This document shows, piece after piece, positions 52,466-59,814 of a DNA stretch of 64,000 bases; the stretch's first letter is position 1; the number at the start of each line of letters is the position of its first letter. Location of the stretch: positions 1,255 through 65,254 of the forward strand of contig CAKOMC010000001.1 in the NCBI GenBank assembly GCA_934096535.1. Reading direction: 5' to 3'. The position numbers were made by a program, and so were the translations under genes. The notes under the pieces are model-generated. The model searched no databases and had not been told where the DNA came from. It saw only the letters and a list, made by a program, of their open reading frames with translations. The DNA is from an uncultured Bacilli bacterium (lineage in GTDB: Bacteria; Bacillota_I; Bacilli_A; RF39; UBA660).

Positions 52466-53629
52466 ATGAAAAAGAAATATTTTATAACGGGATTTATAAT
52501 AATTTTAGGAATACTTGTTCTATCAAAGGTAAGCATAAATAGCAATAAAGACTTAGCAGTTTATATTGAAAACGAACTAAATTCATCAATTCCTGCTAGT
52601 AACGAGAATCTTTATGTAAATAAAATAGATTGTGATAACAATGTAAATGCTTATTGGGATAATGATAATTGGGGGTTATTCATTAGTAACTTTTCTAAAA
52701 AAACTAAGTGTAACTTGTACTTTATCCATGATACTGAAAAGCCTTATTGGCAAATTGAAGAAGTTGAAAGAACTAGTGTTTTATCTACGGATATCTTTAC
52801 TATAAAAATTTCTGGTAATGATTCTTTAAGTAAAGTTACCTCAAGTCTTGATACAAGTAGTTTATCATTTTATGTTAATGATACCTTGCAATCACCAATT
52901 AAAGTTGAACTTACTAAATCAGAAGAATTAAATCAAAAAATCACCTACTCTCTCAAAGTCCATATGGTTGGTGGCGAAGGCAATCTAAAGTTAAAAATTA
53001 ATAGTAACACTTTAACAGATAATGAAACCAATCAAAATGATGAAATCACATTAAACACAGGCATTACGGTAAATAAAAATCCTGCAAAAATCATGCACTT
53101 CTATGACTCCAGTTTTACTAGTGCATCCTATCAACTTAACTTTTATAAAAATCTCCTAGATAATTATTATAAAAATGTAACTCATAACAGTAATCCCTCA
53201 TTAGATGAACTAGCTTTAGGAAATTATGACTTGATTTTCTTTAATAATGGTTGCTGGACAGTTCCAACCGTAGCAAATTATATTTTTAGTTTGGGCATTA
53301 ATGTATTTAGCGTTGGAAATGACAGCACATCTGCCTTGGATATAATTAGCACATCTATCACAGATAGTAAAGTTGGTAACCATAAAAAAGTAATAAATAA
53401 TGGCTTGACATACTATTTATCTGATTTAATTGCAGGTGGCGAAGATAATTTAAATTTAATTAAATTCGTTGATGAAGCAACCGTACTTTATAAAAATAAT
53501 ACAAACAACATTGAATACGACTCACTCGGTTATATAAAGAAGAACGATAAAACTTGGCTCCACTCGCAATACATTTCCAACAAATATATTATTCCCATTA
53601 TCCAATTTACTCTTGGCGAACTTAAGTGA
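52466..53629 (+). CDS. variable-family secreted/membrane-anchored protein 3 (close paralog of gene 1)
   Basis: RBS AAGGAG lies before the ATG at 52466. The N-terminal module is near-identical to gene 1. The C-terminal half (…FFNNGCWTVPTVANYIFSLGINVFSVGNDSTSALDIIS…) is a paralog of gene 1. Confidence 0.8.
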   Translation: MKKKYFITGFIIILGILVLSKVSINSNKDLAVYIENELNSSIPASNENLYVNKIDCDNNVNAYWDNDNWGLFISNFSKKTKCNLYFIHDTEKPYWQIEEVERTSVLSTDIFTIKISGNDSLSKVTSSLDTSSLSFYVNDTLQSPIKVELTKSEELNQKITYSLKVHMVGGEGNLKLKINSNTLTDNETNQNDEITLNTGITVNKNPAKIMHFYDSSFTSASYQLNFYKNLLDNYYKNVTHNSNPSLDELALGNYDLIFFNNGCWTVPTVANYIFSLGINVFSVGNDSTSALDIISTSITDSKVGNHKKVINNGLTYYLSDLIAGGEDNLNLIKFVDEATVLYKNNTNNIEYDSLGYIKKNDKTWLHSQYISNKYIIPIIQFTLGELK

Positions 53630-53857
53630 TTTTAAGAAAAAATACTTGCTTACTCAATAAAACTAGCGTATTATATCCTATATCTTATAAACATAATAAG
53701 TCATAATAGTTTTTTTCCTTACTATATATAGAACTAAAACTAGTAAAAAGTATGTTAAATTAAAAAAGCATACTTTTTTTTATCATTAAATAAAACTTGC
53801 CAATTTAAAATTAACTCTTTATCTTCATAGCCAAAATCAATATAAATTAATAACTTT

Positions 53858-53873
53858 GGGGTGGGTGGGTGGG
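53858..53873 (+). other. G-quadruplex-forming motif GGGGTGGGTGGGTGGG
   Basis: Four G3+ tracts separated by single T loops, in a genome that is otherwise about 25-28 % GC. It lies in the convergent intergenic region after the tandem variable-gene cluster. Confidence 0.6.
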
Positions 53874-53929
53874 AAGTAATACTAAACAAAAAGAAAATTA
53901 AAAAAAGATTAACTAATAATCAAGCTAAC

Positions 53930-55357
53930 CTAATTTTTAATCTTAATAATCTTATGTCTATTATCCCATAACTTAAGCAACTTATTTATAACAACACTAC
54001 CTAATATAAAAACTGTAACATTAATAAAATAAGTATATCGAGGCTGAATTTCTATTAACATATACACTAAAGTATTCGTAATAAATAAAATATAAAAATA
54101 AAATAAATTACTATTTAAAATATCTTTTTTCTTTAAATACACTCCTACTACTAAACCTAGTATCATAAAACCATAAATAACTTTATTAACCCCTGATATT
54201 AAATCTTCTAAAGTTTTATAAGCTACTTCTAGTCCTAGTACTTTAATCTTCTTATCATTATAAATACCACTACTTGATTCTAAAGAACCATTTAAAACAA
54301 AATTATTAGTCTTACATAAAAGAAGTTTACCTACTTTATATGGATTATTAATTCTTTCTTTAATAACTTCTAACTCTCTAGTTTCGTCCCCTAAATAGAT
54401 TTCATCATTGGTATCATATCTACCACAAGTATCGGGATTAGTACCTAAAACAAATTTCCATAAGGGATTATTATTTTTAAGACCATCTTCATTAATATTA
54501 CTCTTAACTAAATATGTAGAAACTCCTATATTTACTAAAGAATAGAAACAAACAAAAATACTACATCTTACTACTGTAATTAACCATTTTTTACTTTTAA
54601 GAATATCTTTTTTAGTTAATTTTAAAACTCTATATAAAAGATAACTAAAAATGATAACAATACCTTCGGGTCTTAAAACATTAGAAAGTCCTAAAATGAT
54701 ACCAGCAATAATATAATTTGATAATTTATCTTCTTTATTATTTTTTAAAAGAAAATAAATACTTAAATAACTAAGCAAAGCACTTAAATGATGATTAGAA
54801 ATAACTGTTGCTGAATATATGGAAAAGGGAAATACAGCATATAAAGCGGCTGTTATTCTAGCGGGAGTTTCTCCTACTAACGCTTTAACGGTCTTATAAA
54901 TAAAATAAGTTAAACCAATTTCATAGAAAATATTTAAAAGTTTTAAAAATAGCTCGCTATTAACTATTTTTAACATTAAGGCCTCATATAAAACAAAACC
55001 GGTCTGATAAGGCCACATTGCAAAGTAACCACTCTTACTAAAACTGTAGTCTCCTAATTTAAACTTTCTTGCAGCCTCTAACAAAACCGCAAAATCACTA
55101 GTCTGGGGGACATTAAATACAATAATACCCACAATTCTAACTAAAGTTGCTATTAAAAGTAAATAAAAAACAAAGTGTTTTCCTTTATACTTTCTAATAA
55201 TAAAAATAATGCTAACTATTAGAAATAGTCCTAAAAGTAAATTATTACTAATAAGAAAGACTAAACTTAAAAATACGGGAATAACAAGACTAACATTCAT
55301 AAAAAACTTATCTAATTTAAAATTATTTTTAAATATATTTAATTTATTTTTTAACAT
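53930..55357 (-). CDS. polytopic membrane protein, putative GT-C glycosyltransferase (ArnT/PMT, GT39-like)
   Basis: About 11 transmembrane helices over 475 aa, with an N-terminal region resembling the GT39/PMT_2 fold (…YFAMWPYQTGFVLYEALMLKI…ITAALYAVFPFSIYSATVISNHH…). Confidence 0.45.
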   Translation of the reverse strand: MLKNKLNIFKNNFKLDKFFMNVSLVIPVFLSLVFLISNNLLLGLFLIVSIIFIIRKYKGKHFVFYLLLIATLVRIVGIIVFNVPQTSDFAVLLEAARKFKLGDYSFSKSGYFAMWPYQTGFVLYEALMLKIVNSELFLKLLNIFYEIGLTYFIYKTVKALVGETPARITAALYAVFPFSIYSATVISNHHLSALLSYLSIYFLLKNNKEDKLSNYIIAGIILGLSNVLRPEGIVIIFSYLLYRVLKLTKKDILKSKKWLITVVRCSIFVCFYSLVNIGVSTYLVKSNINEDGLKNNNPLWKFVLGTNPDTCGRYDTNDEIYLGDETRELEVIKERINNPYKVGKLLLCKTNNFVLNGSLESSSGIYNDKKIKVLGLEVAYKTLEDLISGVNKVIYGFMILGLVVGVYLKKKDILNSNLFYFYILFITNTLVYMLIEIQPRYTYFINVTVFILGSVVINKLLKLWDNRHKIIKIKN

Positions 55358-55456
55358 ATAAACCTACCTTTCTTATCCAGTATAAAATAATTAGCTCATT
55401 TTCGCAACATTTCTATTGGCAAGAATAAGATTTTGCGTTAAAATGTTTATAGGAAT

Positions 55457-55532
55457 TGCCTAGTAGCCAAGTGGTAAGGCATCAGATTCTGACTCTGACA
55501 TTTCGTGGGTTCGAGTCCTACCTAGGCAGCCA
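55457..55532 (+). tRNA. tRNA-Gln (CTG)
   Basis: TGCCTAGTAGCCAAGTGGTAAGGCATCAGATTCTGACTCTGACATTTCGTGGGTTCGAGTCCTACCTAGGCAGCCA. It has a 3-bp D-stem with the GCCAAG(Y)GGTAAGGC D-arm typical of tRNA-Gln, anticodon loop TTCTGAC (CUG), discriminator G and an encoded CCA. Confidence 0.85.
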
Positions 55533-55543
55533 TTATGTTTATT

Positions 55544-55567
55544 AAGACCTTGAGGGGTCTTTTTATT
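55544..55567 (+). terminator. rho-independent terminator after tRNA-Gln
   Basis: An AAGACC-ttgagg-GGTCTT hairpin followed by TTTATT. Confidence 0.55.
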
Positions 55568-55728
55568 GTAATTTTTTTGCTTTATTTTAAAATTTAATTT
55601 ATTTATAATTAAGTACTATATTATAAAGTGTTAGTAAAATTAATATAAAAAATGAATTTAGAAATATTTAAAAACTCTTTGAAAATAAAAGAAACTATAT
55701 TATAATAGACAAAGAAAAGAGGAATATT

Positions 55729-57366
55729 ATGACAAATAAAGAATTAGCAGACATTTTACTTCCTAATGTCTTACATGATTATAAATATTATGAAGAAAAA
55801 TATCCAGAAAGAAATCTAAGTGCCGGAGCTTATGTAACTCGTTTTGCTCCATCTCCTACTGGTTTCGTTCACATGGGAAGTTTATATACTTCTTTTGCGG
55901 CTTTACAGCTGGCTAAACAAACTAAAGGGATATGTTTCTTAAGAATTGAAGATACTGATGGTAAAAGAACCGTTTTAAATGGGGTTCAAGGTATTATTGA
56001 TGATTTTAAAAACTTGGGGATTACTTTTGATGAAGGCCAAGGTTTTGGTGGTGAATATGGTCCTTACTTACAATCAGAGAGAAAAGATATTTATCAAGCC
56101 TATGCTAAAAAATTAATTGCAGAAGGTCTAGCTTACCCATGTTTTTGTACCCCAGAGCATTTAGAAGAAATAAGAAGTTATCAAGAACATAAAAAGTTGC
56201 GTTTAGGTTATTATAAAAAATATGCTAAATGTCGTGACTTAACGATGGCAGAAATTAAAGAACATTTAGATAAGGGCGATAAATATATTATTCGTTTCCG
56301 TAGTCAAGGCGATTTTGAAAATAAAATTATTTTGCATGATGCCATCAAAGGCGATATTGAAATGCCGGAAAATGATATTGATGATGTTATTATTAAAAGT
56401 GATGGTCTACCTACTTATCATTTTGCCCATGTTGTTGATGATCATTTAATGCATACAACCCATGTTACTCGTGGGGATGAATGGGTAGCTAGTTATCCTA
56501 AACATCATGAATTATTTAAACTTTTAGGTTTTAAAGAACCTGTTTACGCTCATATTGCCCCAATTACTATTAAAGAAGGAACAACAGTTCGTAAATTAAG
56601 TAAAAGAAAAGATAAAGAAGCTGCTATTAGTTACTATCAAAAGTTAGGTATTCCAACGGAAGTTATTAGATTATACTTAGCTACTATTGAAAATTATGAC
56701 TTTGAAGAATGGTATAATGCTAATCCAGATAAAGGTATTGATGACTTTACTTTTGAATTTAGTAAAATGCCTATCGGTGGTACTCTATTTGATATGGAAA
56801 AACTACAAAGTATTGCTAAAATTTACTTTAGTCGTTTAAAAAACTATGAATTATATGATATGGCTTTAAAATATACTAAAGAATATGATGAAGAATTTTA
56901 TAATATTTTAGTAAATAATAAAGAATACGCTCTTAATGTCTTTAATATTGAAAGAGATATTGAAAGACCTCGTAAAGATATTGCTGCCCTAAGTGATGTA
57001 AAAACCGAATTTAGTTATATGTTTAATGATTTATTTTATAAAGATACTAATCCTTATGCAGAATGTAGGGTATGTGATAAAAATATTGTTCTAGATTATA
57101 TTAATAATGTTTATAATGAAGCTGATACTCAAGAAGAATGGTTTAATAATTTAAAAGAATTTGCGGTAGAAAATAACTACTCAGCAGATAAAAAGGCTTA
57201 TAAGGCTGAGCCCGATAAATTTAATGGTATGGTAGCCGATTTCTGTGCCTTACTTCGTATCATTATTTGTAAGAAAAATCAATCCCCAAATATTTATTAT
57301 TTAATTAAATATCTAGGTAAGATTGAATTAGTTAAGAGAATTAATAAGTTCTATGAAGAAAAATAG
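55729..57366 (+). CDS. gltX: glutamyl-tRNA synthetase-like class I aaRS
   Basis: RFAPSPTGFVHMGSLYTSF is a HIGH-region variant (HMGS), LRIEDTDGKR is GluRS-specific and VRKLSKRKD is the KMSKS variant KLSKR. Size is 545 aa. tRNA-Gln lies about 200 bp upstream. Confidence 0.85.
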   Translation: MTNKELADILLPNVLHDYKYYEEKYPERNLSAGAYVTRFAPSPTGFVHMGSLYTSFAALQLAKQTKGICFLRIEDTDGKRTVLNGVQGIIDDFKNLGITFDEGQGFGGEYGPYLQSERKDIYQAYAKKLIAEGLAYPCFCTPEHLEEIRSYQEHKKLRLGYYKKYAKCRDLTMAEIKEHLDKGDKYIIRFRSQGDFENKIILHDAIKGDIEMPENDIDDVIIKSDGLPTYHFAHVVDDHLMHTTHVTRGDEWVASYPKHHELFKLLGFKEPVYAHIAPITIKEGTTVRKLSKRKDKEAAISYYQKLGIPTEVIRLYLATIENYDFEEWYNANPDKGIDDFTFEFSKMPIGGTLFDMEKLQSIAKIYFSRLKNYELYDMALKYTKEYDEEFYNILVNNKEYALNVFNIERDIERPRKDIAALSDVKTEFSYMFNDLFYKDTNPYAECRVCDKNIVLDYINNVYNEADTQEEWFNNLKEFAVENNYSADKKAYKAEPDKFNGMVADFCALLRIIICKKNQSPNIYYLIKYLGKIELVKRINKFYEEK

Positions 57367-57393
57367 TCCCATCAAAGACTATCTTTTTTATAC

Positions 57394-58887
57394 CTAATTT
57401 TTAGTAATAACATTTCTAAACGAAACATCATCATAATCTTTTCCACTACCATTTGTTGATAAAAAAATACCAGCCCTACTTCCGGATAAATAGCTACCAC
57501 CTCTTGCCATTGCAGGTCCATTTTCCCATAAAGCGTAAGATGTATCATTATACCAAGTTGAAGAAGTTGAACTTCTAACCTCTTTAGTAGCATCGCCAAG
57601 AGAATACATCTCAAACGAAGTATGATTTAAAAATATATATTTATCAAAATACTTATCTAAAGGAATATTGTCATCATTAAAGCCAGTATCGCTATACAAA
57701 TTTTTATTTTGATTGCCATCAATCAACAAAACCATAACAGCTTCATAAGAACAACCACTTAAATCATATATTCCAAATACATTCCCAGTAGTAGAAGCAT
57801 TAACGCCATTTTCATTCCACCTAAAATTAGTTGGGCATAAATCATTTTCTGAAGCTTCGGAATCAACGCTTGTTCCAGAACACCCAGTAACATAACTTGC
57901 ATTATTATTAATCCAAACCTCACATCCACTTTCAATACAGTTATTTTTATCAATATATCGTCCATATTTAGAATTAGTAAGATAAGCAACCGCTCCCCAG
58001 TCCATATTTTTCATCATATGACTATCAATTTCAGTAGTGTTTAAACCATATAATAAATTGTTAATTAATTCTATATTTCTTGATATCATAAATTTACTAT
58101 ATAAATTTATATTTTTAATACTAACTAAATTAGGCTTTATCGTTGCCAAATCAGTCGTTCCTGTCATTTCAAACTTTCCTACCCAAATACCCGACAATTC
58201 TGTATCGCCAAAAGTAAAAGCTGGGTGAGTTAAATACTCGCCATTTTTGTTTCCATTTGCTTTTGGTCTTTCTGTACTTTCAAATATAATATTAATCATT
58301 TGTTCATCACTAACACCATTTTCGGCATTCCATAATCTATAACGATATCGTGGTATCCAAACATACATTTGTAAAATGTCATTCATATCTATAATTTGTC
58401 CGACCATATCTGGTTTTAAATTCATATTACTATCAAAATATTTATTTTTTACTGTGGTATCGCTACAATTAACCAAAACAGCATTCCCCCACTTATGATT
58501 TTCATAATCATACCAAAGAGAATTTTCATCAGCAATCAAAATATTTCCAGTATCATCATAAACAACAGGAATAAACCCTTGATAAAGTTCAGGCTTCGTA
58601 ACATCTTTTATTGTCTGAAAATACAAATTACACTTAGACTTTTTAGATAAATTACTAACAAATAGCCCCCACTCTTCATCATTCCAGGAAATATTAACAT
58701 CATTATCACAAACAGCCTTCGTAAAAACAGACTCATTCTTACTAGGAATTTTATCAGTTAATTCACCATCAAGATAATTAGCAATATATTCCTCTTTTAA
58801 TAAAGACTTACCAAATAATACATTTGCTGTATATAAAATCATTAATCCTATTATCACTATTAAAATCATCTTTTTTTTCATAATCAT
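57394..58887 (-). CDS. variable-family protein 4: conserved N-terminal module + C-terminal FGE-sulfatase (SUMF1/DUF323)-like domain
   Basis: The module is AVCDNDVNISWNDEEWGLFVSNLSKKSKCNLYF. The C-terminus carries …AMARGGSYLSGSRAGIFLS…VSFRNV, which matches the RGGSW…GFR signature of FGE-sulfatase domains. The likely start is ATG at 58881 or 58887, downstream of an AGGAG RBS. Confidence 0.75.
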   Translation of the reverse strand: MIMKKKMILIVIIGLMILYTANVLFGKSLLKEEYIANYLDGELTDKIPSKNESVFTKAVCDNDVNISWNDEEWGLFVSNLSKKSKCNLYFQTIKDVTKPELYQGFIPVVYDDTGNILIADENSLWYDYENHKWGNAVLVNCSDTTVKNKYFDSNMNLKPDMVGQIIDMNDILQMYVWIPRYRYRLWNAENGVSDEQMINIIFESTERPKANGNKNGEYLTHPAFTFGDTELSGIWVGKFEMTGTTDLATIKPNLVSIKNINLYSKFMISRNIELINNLLYGLNTTEIDSHMMKNMDWGAVAYLTNSKYGRYIDKNNCIESGCEVWINNNASYVTGCSGTSVDSEASENDLCPTNFRWNENGVNASTTGNVFGIYDLSGCSYEAVMVLLIDGNQNKNLYSDTGFNDDNIPLDKYFDKYIFLNHTSFEMYSLGDATKEVRSSTSSTWYNDTSYALWENGPAMARGGSYLSGSRAGIFLSTNGSGKDYDDVSFRNVITKN

Positions 58888-58911
58888 TCTCCTAAATAAC
58901 CATATTTCGGC

Positions 58912-58936
58912 TTCATAGAGTATACAACTCTATGAA
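58912..58936. repeat. recombination-site-like element (core TATACAA)
   Basis: Seen directly in the sequence. Confidence 0.7.
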
Positions 58937-59176
58937 AAACTGACCGTGAGACCCGTATTCACCTAGAAGTAGTAATTAATTGACCAGAAATTTTGACGAG
59001 AAAAAATTAGATTTATTGACTACAAAAGGTTCTTAGACTCAAGGTAACTAAAGACTTAGAAAGAAAATTAATTGACTATAAATTTGACTATAATAAAATT
59101 CAAAATCATCTTTAAAACATTTAAAAACTATGATATATTTAACATATAAGTTAAAAATAAACGCCGATTTTCCGCT

Positions 59177-59201
59177 TTCATAGAGTTGTATACTCTACGA
59201 A
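59177..59201. repeat. recombination-site-like element (core TTGTATA; one arm mismatch)
   Basis: Seen directly in the sequence. Confidence 0.65.
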
Positions 59202-59322
59202 AAAGTAAGTTTTATAGTCAAAAAAAAGGCCTTGTATCATCTAATCGATTTTAGGTCTTTTAATTATTATAATAAAAATACAATTCTAAATAATCTTTTT
59301 ATCCTTTTAAATAAATCTAAAA

Positions 59323-59712
59323 TTATTTGGTAAAATAAACACTACACTTAGTTTTAGCAACATCATTAGTTATAGTAAGACTCCAACTACTAGTATCAAA
59401 AGTAGCGGTTGCCCCATTCGTACAACTAACACTTTTTAAAACTAGACTAGTATCTTTACTAGGAAATCCCCCACTCACATAAGTATCATTAATAAAAGCA
59501 ATTTTCTTTATTGGTTCGTAAGTAAACTTGGCAACTGTCGTTCTTATAACCTCTTCTTCAGCGTGCGCTGTAAACTTTGAAAAAGCAAAATAAACCACCG
59601 TTGATAAACATAAACATAATGATACAGTGCCAATTCCATACTTCAAATATAAAACTCTATTTTTTTTACGCTCTATTTTTTTTAAAACTTTATTATAATC
59701 TTTACTCATCAT
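59323..59712 (-). CDS. short family member consisting of the N-terminal module only (129 aa)
   Basis: A signal anchor, then …SVSCTNGATATFDTSSWSLTITNDVAKTKCSVYFTK, which follows the same C…W.L…K.KC.(L/V)YF pattern. It ends 3 residues after the motif. It lies about 120 bp outside the distal site of switch 4, in the same orientation as gene 4. Confidence 0.5.
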   Translation of the reverse strand: MMSKDYNKVLKKIERKKNRVLYLKYGIGTVSLCLCLSTVVYFAFSKFTAHAEEEVIRTTVAKFTYEPIKKIAFINDTYVSGGFPSKDTSLVLKSVSCTNGATATFDTSSWSLTITNDVAKTKCSVYFTK

Positions 59713-59814
59713 AATAAAACCCTTTCTATCATACCTAAATTATAGCAAAAAATCCCAAAAGATAAAAGATAAACTTAAATTCTTGCAAGCAAAAAAAAGA
59801 TAAATGCTTGTGAC

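Larger units (their letters stand above)
58912..59201. other. putative invertible DNA switch 4 (upstream of minus-strand family gene 4)
   Basis: The proximal site at 58912-58936 is TTCATAGAG-TATACAA-CTCTATGAA. The distal site at 59177-59201 is TTCATAGAG-TTGTATA-CTCTACGAA. The cores are reverse complements. The interior is homologous to switches 1-3 and has TTGACnA direct repeats on the plus strand. Confidence 0.6.

Noticed and set aside
49142-53640. Possible CRISPR array, given the regularly repeated 25-bp palindromic elements
   Set aside because: The repeats are alternately ~230–260 bp and ~1.2 kb apart. They flank full protein-coding genes and occur as inverted pairs. There is no repeat-spacer periodicity and no cas genes.
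53630-53857. Weak hairpin AAGTATG-N14-CATACTT plus T-run as a bidirectional terminator between the convergent genes
   Set aside because: The stem is short with a long loop. It is plausible but too weak to call.
55568-55728. T-box leader upstream of gltX
   Set aside because: No AGGGTGG...T-box consensus or specifier/antiterminator architecture is present. The region is just an AT-rich promoter.
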